Part shown: positions 1 to 16,869 of the stretch, one piece after another
Layout of the letters: each line of letters begins with the position of its first letter
Position numbering within the stretch: the first letter of the stretch is position 1
Source: the human T2T-CHM13v2.0 reference genome, Homo sapiens
NCBI RefSeq assembly: GCF_009914755.1
Contig: NC_060938.1
Reading direction: 5' to 3' (one strand)
DNA: 64,000 nucleotides
Program-made: the position numbers and the translations under genes
Notes under the pieces: generated by a model
Told to the model about the DNA's origin: nothing
The model's database searches: none
What the model saw: the letters and a program-made list of their open reading frames with translations, nothing else

Positions 1-1446
1 ATACTCTAAAAACAGACTTCCTCCATGAGGTCAGGCTAGAACTGATGGAGTTGCCCCTGCTCCCCTTCCCCAGAGGTTTTGGAAGGGGAAGGAAAGCTGT
101 AGCCCCACGCCCCCACCCTGGGGACTGCCCCATCAGATTAGAGCACTGCTCCTCAGCAGTCACCCACCTCACCGTGTTAGAGAAAAGAAAAATAGATTAT
201 TCTCAGAAAAAGGTTATTACATTAATTGTCTGCTACATCCCATGATACCTTTATGTCTTCTGTAAGCTAAGGGACCTTAGGATCTAAGAGGAGGTTAAAA
301 CACATCCATTTGAGCCATTTGGTTTAGAAATGAGGGAAGCAGGAGCACTAGAAGGATCTACCTTGCCCTGTAGACAGAGTCACCATGAATAAGTCACTTC
401 ATACTGCCTCTGGATGGATACAGGCCGTGGACCAGAGGCCGGGTCTGCAAAATTGTCCCTTGCCATCACATCTAGTGAGGAGTGTGATACGTTTTCACAA
501 TTTTGCTTCTTTTGGCTTTTCCTTGAATCTGCCTGTGTGCCCTTAGGTTTCATCTGAAAAGCGAAATGATGAGAAACTTATTGATGGGAAGCATCAATGT
601 AAGAAACCTCTCTAGAATATGATTGGAGCTAGGAAAAGGCTGCCAAGTGAATAATTTGACTCATGCTTATGAGTCATAGTGAGATCATATCAAAGTCACT
701 AGGGAACTTATAAGTTGAAGGAATCACTGGGCTCTACGAGGAATGTAAGTCTTCTTTCTCAGAGTTAATTAATAATTTTTTTCTATATGCCTAACAAATC
801 TCTACCAAGTAGAAAGTTGAAGATGCTATCTAGTGTAAGTCTGAATAATTTTGATGGTCTGCATAATTAGAATTCACTGTGAGAATTAGAGCAGAGACAC
901 AGAGGTTCCTTGTGCAAACAGCAGTATCACGCACCTATTTAAAATGCAAGGACTGCTTCTCGGGTTTAAATGCACCTATTTAAAATACATTAGGCCTGTA
1001 TTAGTGTGATTATATTGGATATTTGTCATAGCTTCAGGGTCTGTGTGATTAGACCCTTAGAAATCAAGTTATTTTAGAAGATTAAACATTTTATGATTTC
1101 AGGTAGTTTTTATTTTTTTCATGGATTGGTAGTTACATAAATGGCATTCTGCTTCATTAAGCTATGAGTTTTAGAGATATCTTAGGACAGAAGATAACTT
1201 TTAAGTTGGGTTTCGTTTTGTTGGCAGTGTTTAATTCACTTGTGTAGAATCTGGGAACCGAAGCTTTCCTTTAACTTTTCAAGCCATAGCAGCCAGCTTA
1301 AGAGAGAATTCTTGTTACATTTGTTAGGTTTACTTAGATATTTTGACATAAATTATATTTTGAGAAATCAGGTCCCTTGTTTGTGACAGGAGGGACTGTG
1401 CTAAGGGTAGAGGAATGACTTGTGTCGGCAAGGTTTCATTGGTGCA

Positions 1447-1477
<31 letters not shown>

Positions 1478-1751
1478 AAAGGGTCTTGCTCTGTTGCCCA
1501 TGCTGGCGTGCAGTGGCCTGATTATGGCTCACTGCAGCCTTGACCTCCTGGGCTTAAGCAATCCTTCCCACTCAGCCTCCTGAATAGCTGAGACTTCAGA
1601 TGTGCACCACAACACCTGGCTAATTTTTTTTATTTTTTAGAGACAGGGTCTCTGTGTTGCCCAAGCTGGTCTTGAACTCCTGGCTCAAGCGATCCTCCCA
1701 CTCTGGCCTCCCAAAGTGTTAAGATTACAGGCATGAGCCACTGCGCCCAGC
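1447..1751 (-). mobile_element. AluJ-type SINE with (GATT)7 microsatellite tail
   Basis: Reverse Alu consensus (GGGTCTTGCTCTGTTGCCC...GAGCCACTGCGCCCAGC) with J-type GCAGCCTTGACCTCCTGGGCT; tail 1447-1474 is (GATT)7. Confidence 0.93.
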
Positions 1752-2299
1752 AGAAACAAATTTAAATGTGAGGTGAGAAAGCTTTCATGTGGGTTCCTGA
1801 GAGCCACCGACAGGAAAAGATATATATTAGGGGATGGCCACACAAAACACTGATTGTTTTAAAAATTTAACATTCCACTTAAGAATTGTTTAGTAAATCT
1901 AAAAAGCAGCTTTAAATTGTGCCTAAGAACCGTATAATAGCTACTATGAAGCAGAGCAGAGGAATGGTGAAGAGAAAAGCCATTTTAAGGTCCAGGGGCT
2001 TACAGAGACGCATGGGGTGACCAGGTGGACTCTTGTAAAGCCACATTCCTGTCTTATTTCCTGAGAGTAGCATCACTTTAGGTCTGAAAGCTATGTGGGC
2101 ATTTTGCGTGAGGGGAGCATTGTTTTCTTGGCGGTTGCCCTGGGAGCCCAGTGCAGGTGAGCTGAGGGCAGAGTCTCCCTTAGGGCAGAGATGCCACTGA
2201 AGGTGCACCTCACCTCAAAGATCCCTATCCTGGATTCAGTCAGAATAGCCATGTTATTCTCCTCCTTGTGAACCTCCCGGGGCACCCGGTTGTGTCACA

Positions 2300-2490
2300 G
2301 TGAAGTCTCTCCTATCCCAGAAAGCCTTCCCTGACCCCAGATGGAACAGACCCTTTAATCCACTCTACAGCCCTGTTCTTTGTTCATCACTCCAGGACCT
2401 AACTGCCTGTTACTTGGCTTTATTCAGATCCCCTCTGGCCAGCATACAGAGTGCCCCAAAAAATACATTTAGAAAAGAGTGAAGAATTTC
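2300..2490 (+). mobile_element. L2 3' end fragment
   Basis: AGAAAGCCTTCCCTGACC and an L2-like terminus; highly diverged. Confidence 0.5.
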
Positions 2491-2555
2491 CTTTCTTCAT
2501 TCCTTTTGGATTAGTCACAAGAAATGTTAGGCTATTACAGGTTACAGCCTCGCAA

Positions 2556-2770
2556 CACCGCAGTAGCTAAGAGCCGGGACTCAAGTCACCCTCCCTGGGT
2601 TTGCATCCCAGCACTTGCTGGGTGTGCTACTGACCTCAGACGACTTAGTAACCTCCCTTCCTGCTTAAGTGGGCAAATAGCAGATGCCACCGACCTCAGG
2701 CGTGTTACAAGCTTAGATGACAGCACCCTGTCGAGACCATGGCTCATAATGAGCTCTCACTGTAAGTTGA
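2556..2770 (+). mobile_element. MIR SINE
   Basis: CCTGGGTTTGCATCCCAGC...TGACCTCAG core-like motifs. Confidence 0.55.
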
Positions 2771-3566
2771 CCTTGACAGTTAATGTTGGATTACACCTGG
2801 ACTTGGTACCGCGCTGTGGTATCCACCACCGTTCGGAGGGTTTAAGGGAGCAGAGAAGGACAGGCTGATGAACACAACATCGTTCATGTTTGGTTGCCCC
2901 TGGAACATAGAGACTCATTGTTGAAGGCAAAGGACAGATCTAATCCTTGTGATGATCTATCAGTGGACTGCCCAGCAGCCCTAGGGGACGGCAGGGCCTT
3001 CAGCCAGAAAGAATTCCCTGTAAAGTATCTTTCCTACGATTATAGTTTGACTTACTGCCACCGAGTTTTATTTTTAAAAATACTGCTTCTATTTCATACC
3101 AAAGTGGAGAGTCTTTTCTGAACCGATATGTTAGACAGTTATTGTGTTGAGTTATGCTTCAAAGAATGCAGTTTAACCTTGAGCTAATTCTAATTTAGCA
3201 GTAGCAAGGATTGTGACACTGGGTTCTACTGTACCTCATTAGCCATTTTCACAGGGATTCGTTTTGCCAGAAAAAGGAGGTAGAAATGTTCGCCGGTTCC
3301 TAGGAAATTTGGTGAGCAAATATGGAAAGTATTTCCAGATTATTGATGTGTCTTCACTAGTCCTGAGCAAGCTATCAGCTTTGATCATCACCACCACCGA
3401 TGAAGCAACCTTCCTGGGGAGGCCATGCTGAGCCCGAGTCTATGGGGACCTCTTCTGGCTCCAGACCCAGGCTGGGCAGAGGCTGAGACTTCAGCTGGGT
3501 GTCAGATACCCCTCACCCCTTGCCCTGATCTTGAGGGCGTTAGGGTGCTGTCAGAGTCTGACATAG

Positions 3567-3985
<419 letters not shown>

Positions 3986-4123
3986 TTTAAGTTGTTTTTT
4001 AACTTTTTTCCATGATTCCTTAGTAAAGTCTCCTTAAAATGATTCTTGGGAGAGCAGAGGGCAAGGGGCAGTGTCAGTTACACCTGACTAAGTTACTTCA
4101 GTTCAGGTGCACTTCGTACAAAG

Positions 4124-4526
4124 TGTGGTGGGATGTCCATGTCCTAATCCCTGGAATGTGTGACTGTGTTACCTGGGGTAAGTTTAAGCTGTGTTTAAGT
4201 TCAGGATCTTGAGATAGATTGTCTTGGATCACCTGGGTGGGCCTAATGTAATCACAGGTGTCCTGGGCAGGAGGGAAGCAGAGGTTGGAGTGATGTACTC
4301 TGAAGAGGGCGGAAGGGGCCACAGGCCAAAGATCGCAGGCAGTCTCTAGAGCTGGAAAAGCCAAGGAAACGGATTCTCCCCTGGAGTCTCCAGAAAGAAC
4401 ACAGGCCATGATTTTAGCCCAGTGAAAGTCATTTTAGACTTCTGACCTCCTGCCCTGTAAGATTAAAAATTGGTGTTAAGCCACTAAGCTTGTCATTTGT
4501 TACAGCGGCAAAAGGAGACTAATACA
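4124..4526 (+). mobile_element. MLT1D-like MaLR solo LTR
   Basis: GTCCTAATCCCTGGAA, GGATTCTCCCCTGGAG, TTCTGACCTCC, ends TTTGTTACAGC...ACTAATACA. Confidence 0.85.
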
Positions 4527-4591
4527 CCTGGCTGCCTGGATTTTATGGTGGATGCTTACTTGGTATAAGCAGACAGGGGGAAGGGTCAAAC

Positions 4592-4750
4592 AATTATTGA
4601 GCATTTAGATCCGTAATTTGTTTCTCACCAAAGATCTGCAAATGTGGGATATTCTCTCTTCCTTTCAGATGATGACACAGAGACTGGGAGGGGGTCAGGT
4701 TACTTGTCCAAGGTCACTACCTGGTGGAATTTGAGCTGTGATCAGATCCA
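4592..4750 (-). mobile_element. MIR SINE
   Basis: TTTCAGATGA...TTACTTGTCCAAGGTCAC antisense MIR core. Confidence 0.7.
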
Positions 4751-5094
4751 TATTGTAGCACCCTTCGGAGGGCCGGCTCAGTGAGTGCAGCCGCTTAGTG
4801 CAGCTCTGGCTGTGGTGTCCAGAGTGTTCGCCCTGCAGCCCTGAGAAGAACTGAATTTGAGCTTCAGTTGCCTGTTGAAAGAGCCAGGGAGGCCAGGAAT
4901 TTTGGAAGTTGCCCCTGGCCATCCACTATCAAGTATGTGAAGGAAGCAGAGGGTCCCACCTCTGAGGTCAGACAAATGGAAGGTGAATGCAAATGATGCC
5001 TCCTTGCAAATGATGCCAGGGAAAGCCTCCTGGGCCCCGTGTGTTGTGCGGACAGGTGGCCAGGCCAGAGGTCCCACTGGACTTCACTCTGAAA

Positions 5095-5260
5095 TTCCAG
5101 ACAGCAGGAAGTAAACAAAGTGCTTTACGAGCGAGCTCCCGCGGTCTGCTGGTCTTTCCCTGCACTTCCGTCCGACCTCGGTCACAGCCCTGGGTGGGGT
5201 CAGATATTTCTACCCATACTCAGGGCCACCTGTTGCCCCAAGTTCTCACTTCCTGGCAGT
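5095..5260. promoter_or_regulatory. Candidate enhancer with ETS and Forkhead motifs
   Basis: CAGGAAGTAAACAAA 5105-5119, CACTTCCG 5163-5170, CACTTCCTG 5247-5255, local CpG cluster in non-repeat DNA. Confidence 0.45.
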
Positions 5261-5409
5261 GTCCCTCTGCTAGCCCTTGCTGCTGCCCCCACCTTCCTCT
5301 GTCTGCCCGCCACCCCCCAGCCTTTTCCTTGGTCACAGTTGTCCTTTTGTTACCTGCGGTTATCAGAAACATGGTCAAATAGGGTATAAGCTTTTAGTAT
5401 CCCATTCAT

Positions 5410-6545
<1,136 letters not shown>

Positions 6546-6547
6546 AC

Positions 6548-7235
6548 TGTTACACAACTTGGGTCTGCCTGCTCAGCACAGTAAGACCAGATATCCACAC
6601 TGAGGCTTCACAGCAGTAGAAAGGAAGCCATTTATTTGCAGGGCACCATGCAGGGAGGACCAGGAAGCAAATGCTCAAATCCTGACTCCCCTGATGGCTT
6701 GTGGGTAAGGGTTTTTAGAGGTGGGGTACATTTCAGGAAAGTGGAAGCTACAGGCATAATCATGAATCAATACATAGAGATTACACATTGGTTTTGGCCT
6801 TGAAGGGTGGGATATTGTGAAGGAGGGGTGGGGCTTACAGGTAGGTTCAAAGATGTTCTGATTTGCAATTGGTTAAGGAAGAGAAGCTTTGTTTCCAACT
6901 TTGGGGTCCGTAGAAAAGAATATTATCTCAGGCTCATGGGTGTGGCTCCCTCCAGGCCCCTCAGGAAAAAACTTAGAACAAAGAATGAAGTCCAGACTTC
7001 AGTCCCCAGTTCCCTTATCTGAGATACACGTGCCAGTGATTTGTTGGGTGGGGGTCCGGGTTTCTAAAAAACTCAGACATATGTTAAGATGGTATCTCAG
7101 TTTCTATAGGGAACCAAATATCTCATGGCTAACTTCCTGGCTACTAGCTTAGGCTGCTATTACCTTCTTGCTCACCAAGTTGCCTACTTAATTCTTAGAG
7201 CTAGCTGGTGCCTCGAATTTCCCTTGGAAGCTTCA
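6548..7235 (-). mobile_element. ERV1 (MER4-group) solo LTR, subfamily unresolved
   Basis: TG...CA termini, TTTATT (reverse polyA signal) near 6631, GTTCTGATTTGCAATTGGTT typical of MER4-group LTRs. Confidence 0.7.
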
Positions 7236-7237
7236 TG

Positions 7238-7340
7238 GGACCAGGGGGCCCTGTTTTGTTCCCTGGTGCACTCCAAGTGCTTAGAATCACGCCCAACAGA
7301 GGTAGGAGCTCGCTATTTACTTATTGAATGGATAGACGGG
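7238..7340 (+). mobile_element. L2 3' terminus
   Basis: AGTGCTTAGAA...GTAGGAGCTC...TTATTGAATGGAT. Confidence 0.65.
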
Positions 7341-8144
7341 TGTTAGGGCCACAGCTGTAGCCAGACATGGCTCCTCGTAGGCAAGTGAGGGGCGTGGCTG
7401 AGAGCACAGAAAGCTCTGCCATGACAGCAGAGTCTGCCTGGGCATCGGGAGGCACAGAGCGGGGGTCTCCTGGGGCTGAGGGCTATTGAGAAGCGATGCC
7501 AGCATGAGTCTTAGAGGACAATGAGCCTGGGACCACCAGGCAGCAGCAGACAACCTTCCTTAGTAGGTCATCTTTGCTGTCACACCCTAAGGAGATGGTG
7601 TGCAGCTGACAGTTGTGGCCCCGTCTTAAGTGGATAGGGTGCCACAAGATCATGTGTTGTGCTCAGCAGTGATTGTGCTGGTAGAACCTGTACCTTTACA
7701 TTGAGCCAGACCTTGAATGTGTGGCAGGCCCTAGGCATGTCGCACTGCAGGTGTGTGTGTTGCTGAGTTGCAAGTAGCCACAGGACCCCAGACACACCAG
7801 CACCACACTTCGACCCATGCACTCAGGGACCCTTGCCCTCTCTGGTTGCTCCCCTGCCCGCAGGACAGCGAGTCAGTGGGGCCAAGGGCTGTGATCACCT
7901 GAGCCCTTGCTCTCTTCCTCCCCAGACCCTAATACAGGTAACAGGGTCTAGGAACTCCCTGCCCCAATGTTCAGGATCTGCGTCCAGGCCCATGAGCTTC
8001 TAACCCAGTCCATGCTCCTGAAGAAAGGCAGCACCACCACCCTGGGTGTAAGGACCCCTCTGCGGGAAGGGTGTGGGGTATTGTGGACAGAGCCTGAACA
8101 CAGAGCTCTGTTGCTCACACTCAGACCCCTCTGGGTGCTGCACG

Positions 8145-8736
8145 TGTGACCCAACAAAGCAGGTCTGGACGCTCACTGCTGGCCGAGCCCAACTAACAAG
8201 AGTGACATCTGATAGAAAGAAAGTGAATTTATTACCCAAACTAGTAGAGGGGAGGCAGCCGAATTCCTGTCCAAATTAACCACTTCAATTTTTAGCAGGA
8301 AGGCAAGAGTTTAAAAAAGAAAAACTTGATAAGGAAGGCATGGAAGACTTGGGCTGAGCATAATGTCTGTGTGTCTTGTTTTGGTGGCTGCGTCAGGTCC
8401 CAGTCCATCTGGACCTCGGGCTGACATCATCTCCATAATGGCCGGGCTGTTCATCAGCCGCCTTGAGGTCATCCCTGAAACTTTGCAACTGGGTCTCCAG
8501 ACTTGGTCTGTTTCAAGATCAGCCCCTGGAACTTCTAAGAAGGCACACAATTAGATACTAACATACAGTTAGACAAACGTAAAGAGAGTATGGATGGTGG
8601 GAAAGGGAGGGGCATGGAGTCTATTTTGAGGCTAAGGAAAAAGGCTTTTGCAGTTTCCCTCAAGATTGTGTCTTGAAACCCAAGAGAAAGGGAAAAAAGT
8701 TTGAAATGCATTTTGAAGTTAAGCTGCCCAGTTACA
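8145..8736 (-). mobile_element. ERV1-class solo LTR
   Basis: TGTGAC...GTTACA termini, reverse polyA signal TTTATT near 8228, 4-bp TSD CACG/CATG (one CpG transition). Confidence 0.75.
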
Positions 8737-8782
8737 CATGGAAACACGGTTGCTCTCCCTATACCCGCTTAAGGATGTGACC

Positions 8783-8939
8783 TGGGGTGTCTCTTGCCTC
8801 ACTTTGCATGCTTGTTTATGCTTCTACCTTGGGGTCTCTCTTGCCTCACTTTGCATGCTTGTTTATGCTTCTACCTTGGGGTCTCTCTTGCCTCACTTTG
8901 CATGCTTGTTTATGCTTCTACCTTGGGGTCTCTCTTGCC
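8783..8939. repeat. 47-bp minisatellite, 3.3 copies
   Basis: Unit TGGGGTCTCTCTTGCCTCACTTTGCATGCTTGTTTATGCTTCTACCT starting 8783, 8830, 8877, 8924 (partial). Confidence 0.97.
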
Positions 8940-9399
8940 ATTGCAGGGGAGAGTATTTGAGGAACAGTTCAATGGGATTTAAGACTGTTTGAGAGGAACC
9001 CACAGAGGGGTGGGAGATCACTGGCTTGGGGCATTCTGGGCTGAGCCGTGGGCTTCCTTTTGGTTCTGTCTCTGGGTATGTGTTCTTTTGGTGGGTCTGT
9101 GCCAAGAACAAGCTTCACCACTAGGATGGCTGCCTGGGAGCTCTGGAAAGAGAAGTGGACAGCCACAGGACTGGCTATTTGTATCTACAGGCAGGTGGGC
9201 TCAACTTGGATGTAAGCATCTGCAGGATTCAGCAGCCAGAGGGACACTGGGACTGGGGCATTGGATTTGGTATCAATCACGCTAACCAGTCTCTTTTCTC
9301 CTCCTGCCTCCACAAACCAGTGGTGTGGGCTTTTGTGAAGGAGTCTGCCCCCTTCCTTCATGAAGTCACAGTGGGAGCCTCAGAGCGAGGCATTTGGGA

Positions 9400-10591
<1,192 letters not shown>

Positions 10592-11102
10592 CAGGGATCA
10601 TTTCTTGGTAACTTCTTACGAATTACCTCTACCACTACCAGGCAGACTTCGTGATTCTTGGACCCATGAACTTTCCCATTGTGCCTGGTGCATAGCTGGT
10701 CAAGACTGGAACATGCAGGCAAAGTCTTTTCTAACTCAGGAATGACCATGGAGAAACGAACAGAGTAGAGAAATGGGCTTACAAGACACGGTTCACTCAC
10801 CTTGGACTTGCTGCCCACTTGTTAGACTTATTTCCTAGCTCAGACCCCTCACTCCCACCCCCAGAAGCTCACACCTGCATCTCTACTCCTTTAAGGATCC
10901 AAGCTAAGAGAAACACTTCTAACTCCTCTCTTCCACCTACCTGAGCGTTTCTCAGCAGGGATTTCTTGCCTAGGCTTCAGCCTCCTCCCTTGGCCAGTGT
11001 CCTTCGGAAAGACGCCTGACCTCTGTGCCACGTGGTAACCCCAACCCTCATCAACACACAGTAGGGAGACTGCGGAGGGATTGTTTTGTAGCAGGACATT
11101 GA

Positions 11103-11443
<341 letters not shown>

Positions 11444-11793
11444 TATTTATTTAATATTTACATTTGAAGACTTTACCCAGTGTTGACTAATGGTAGCAGA
11501 GTTGGCCACTAGAGATACTGATTTAAAGCAGGAGCTTGGGCTGAACCCAGCTGAGAACTAAGAGCTGAAATGAACTTATACTAGCTAGTTGAACTCCAAC
11601 TCTCATGGAACCGCTTTTTGTGTTTCTAAGTATAAGGGAAAACACTGCTTCCCATTTTTTCCCAATGGGAGGACTTTTGAAAACGTTTTGATAGTTTAAA
11701 TATAAAAACCTTTATGGATGTGGATGACATAGTCAACTATATTAAATATATGGTACACCAACTATGTTAAATGTGTTTTAACACACGCTTAAC

Positions 11794-11912
11794 ATTTTAC
11801 CAATGAGAGCATTGAGGAACAGAGAAGATGTGTAACTTGACCAGGGACACACAGCTGAAAAAGCGGAAGAACTAGAAAATATAAGGCCAGGCAATTGGCG
11901 CTGGAGCCCACA
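11794..11912 (-). mobile_element. MIR SINE
   Basis: ATTTTACCAATGAG...TAACTTGACCAGGGACACACAGCT. Confidence 0.75.
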
Positions 11913-12083
11913 ATCTATTAATTTAGCTACATTTAATATATCATCAAGTAATACATTTATTTACAAATGTTGCTTTTCTTCTCAGCTTGTGAAACAACTA
12001 CTAAAATGCTCTGCTGGAATTTTCAGCATCAGTGTCTCTCATGACTGGAGCACTTTTTGAGCTCTGCCACAAGTTTCCAAGAG

Positions 12084-12232
12084 CAGCGCTTCTCAAACTT
12101 CTCAAACGTGATTGTGCATGTGACTCACCTAGGGATCTAATTCAAATGCAGATTCCTACCGCGCATGTCTAACAAGCTCCCAGGTGTCTCCGCTACTGCT
12201 GCTGGTCCACACACCACAGCATGAGAATCAAC
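12084..12232. mobile_element. MER5-type hAT-Charlie DNA transposon
   Basis: CAGCGCTTCTCAAACT...AAATGCAGATTCC...TAACAAGCTCCCAGGTG. Confidence 0.75.
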
Positions 12233-12254
12233 GTCAAGAGTGCCTTTCCTTGAC

Positions 12255-12556
12255 TTTTTTGAGACAGGGTCTTGCTGTGTTGCCCAGGCTGGGGTGCAGT
12301 GGTGTGATCTCTGCTCACTGCAACTTCCGCCTTCTAGGCTCAAGCGATCCTCCCGCCTCAGCCTCCTGAGTAGCTGGGATTACAGGTGCACACAACCACG
12401 CCCGGGTAATTTTTTGGTATTTTTGGTAGAGACAGGGTATTGTCATGCTGCCCAGGCTAGTCTCGGCTGCCCAGGCTGCTCCCGAGCTCCAGCGACCCAC
12501 CCGCCTTGGCCTCCCAAAGTGCTGAGATTACAGGCAGGAACCACTACACTCAGACT
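12255..12556 (-). mobile_element. AluJ SINE with short internal duplication
   Basis: Reverse Alu; GCTGCCCAGGCT occurs twice at 12447-12477. Confidence 0.9.
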
Positions 12557-12746
12557 ACCTTTACTTTTATTTAAGTTTTCTGAGCTGGAGCAGTTTTGAA
12601 TCCATGTATGACCACTTCCATGAGCATTTTATCTTAAGCACATTAGGACACTGAATTTTTTTTTCCGTAGGTGTTTAACCATGGTCTCTATGATGTAACT
12701 ACCCATCGATTTGCTTTTTAAAGTGATCTTTAAAAGGCTTGTTTAC

Positions 12747-13530
12747 CGTATGAAAGAATGCTCAACATCACTAATCATCAGAGAAATGCAAATCAAAACC
12801 ACAATGAGGTATCATCTCACACCAGCCAGAATGGCTATTATTAAAAAGTCAAAAAACAACAGATACTGGCCAGGCTGCAGAGAAAAGGAAACCCTTATTG
12901 GTGGGGATGTAAATTAGTTTACATTGTTTGGTGGGAATGCAAATTAGTTCAGCCACTGTGGAAAACAGTTTGGAGATTTCTCAGAGCATTTAAAACAGAA
13001 CTACCATTCCACCTAGCAATCCCATTACTGGGCATATATCCAAAGGAAAATAAATCATTGCACCAAAAAGACACATGCACTTGTATGTTCATCATAGCAC
13101 TATTCACGATAGCAGAGATATGGAATCAACCTAGGTGCCCATCAAAGGTGGATTGGATAAAGAAAATGTGGTATATATACACCATGGACTACTATGCAGT
13201 CATAAAAAAGAATGAGATAATGTCCTTTGCAGCAACCTGGATGCAGCTGGAGGCCATTATACCAAGTGAATTAATGCAGAAACAGAAAACCATATACCAC
13301 ATGTCCTCACAAATGGAAACTAAACATTGGGTACATATGGATGTATACAAGGAAACAGTAGACACTGGAGACTACTAGAAGCGGGGAGAGGGAGTCGGGA
13401 AAGGGCTGAAAAACTACCTATTAGGTACTATGCTCAGTGATGGAATCATTCCTACCTCAAACCTCAGTGTCATTCAATATATCCGTGTAACAAACCTGCA
13501 CATGTACCCTCCCAATCTAAAATAAAAGTT
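12747..13530 (+). mobile_element. 5'-truncated L1 (L1PB-like): ORF2 C-terminus and 3' UTR
   Basis: ORF track peptides [19 protein letters not shown] and WIKKMWYIYTMDYY; TSD AAAAGGCTT(G/A)TTTAC at 12732-12746 and 13984-13998. Confidence 0.92.
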
Positions 13531-13534
13531 GAAA

Positions 13535-13966
<432 letters not shown>

Positions 13967-14220
13967 GAAATTCTATATTTTTAAAAAGGCTTATTTACAA
14001 TGTCGTTCAACATTCCAGCTGGGATTACTAGCTGTATCTGGTTTAAACGTGTTTGGCCAAACAGCTCACCTTGAGGTCATTTCAGGCTAATGTGGCTTCC
14101 CCAGAAAGACTGTAGTTATTTAAACTAAAGTAATTGAAAAAGTGCCCAGTTATGTAAGAATCTGGAAAGATTAAACAATAAGCACCTACTCTTTTCAAGA
14201 GATAGTCTTGGGAAACGTGA

Positions 14221-15020
<800 letters not shown>

Positions 15021-15029
15021 AAAAGCTCA

Positions 15030-15691
<662 letters not shown>

Positions 15692-15844
15692 GGTTGCTTT
15701 TGGTTTTGTTTTCAATGCTAAGTGGATCAAATCCTTGCATAGTCTGAAATTTTACTCCAAAAGGTAAAATATCAGGCTAGCATTTCTTTGAGATGGCCTG
15801 TTCTAAATGCTTTTGTTCTGGTCTGACACAGTCATATCATGGGA

Positions 15845-15862
15845 AACCAGCAGATGGCGCTG
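15845..15862 (+). promoter_or_regulatory. CTCF core motif
   Basis: CCAGCAGATGGCGC 15847-15860 matches CCASYAGRKGGCRS with no mismatch, in non-repeat CpG-retaining DNA. Confidence 0.7.
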
Positions 15863-16239
15863 CTTCTCCGGGAATGAGCCCCGTTATTGCAGGTGGCCTC
15901 CATCTGGCTCCCTTCTGCCTGCAGGTGCACTTCTTATGCTTCGCCACCACGCGGAGCCGCGTTCTGCACTCTCCACCTTCCCTAAATAAATTCTCTATGT
16001 GAAAAACAAATCAGGGAGATTTCTCTATGTCCCCAGGTAGAGCCCGAGTCCCGTACATTCCACATTTTTTCTGACCTTGCATCCTTCCCATCATTTCAAG
16101 GGCCCGAGGGAGAGCGTTTGGGCTCCAGACAACACAATCATATCAGAAACGTCGAATGTGTCCACATCCATTTTTTTTTCTCTCTGGAAATGCTCCCTTT
16201 AATAGGCCAGAATAGGGCTTCGAGCTGTCCTAGAGAGAG

Positions 16240-16400
16240 GGGCAGGAATTTGGGCACTGAAGACCAGAATCAGAACCTGGCTCCCATTTACCTTGGACAA
16301 ACCACTCAAGCTCTCGGAGCCTCAGTTTCCTCATCGGTAAAAAGGAGAAAATAATAGTGCCTCCTATCAAAGAATAAATAAAAGACATAGGTAATATAAT
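16240..16400 (+). mobile_element. MIR SINE
   Basis: GAGCCTCAGTTTCCTCATCGGTAAAA core. Confidence 0.85.
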
Positions 16401-16869
16401 AAGCCAATTAATTTGCTTATCTATGAGGGAAACAAATGATAGATTGACTTCTACATGGGTAGGATTTATATAGGAGACACAAGAGAGAGGGAAAAAGGCA
16501 AAAATTGAAAAATTCCAGACAGTTGGGGGTAGCCAACTTTGTTTTCCTTTCCTTAGTTGGGATGTGGAGTAGGTGGTATTCAAAGTATCCTCCCCTTGGG
16601 CTGCGGGTGGTCATCAAAGAAGGTAATCTCAATTGTTTAAGGACTCCCCAAGAGCTTGTGGGTTTGACTCTGCCATATTCAAGACAGGCTATCCCTGCGC
16701 TGTCTGTCAGGGTCCTTTGATAGCACCTTCATTTCCCACCTGACTGAAGACTCTAAGAATACACATGATATTGTGCTGGAAAATGTGACACGCCGCACAC
16801 AAATTGCAATTTCCAAGTAGTTCATTGTCGAAAGCTGCTGCCAAATTGGTTGCCACAGCCAGACACCTG

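Noticed and set aside
8783-8939. CRISPR-like regular repeat
   Set aside because: Head-to-tail copies with no spacers, no cas genes, eukaryotic context.
12711-13378. L1 ORF2 peptides here and at 46769-47011 as active retrotransposon genes
   Set aside because: 5'-truncated, frameshifted fragments lacking the endonuclease and RT domains.
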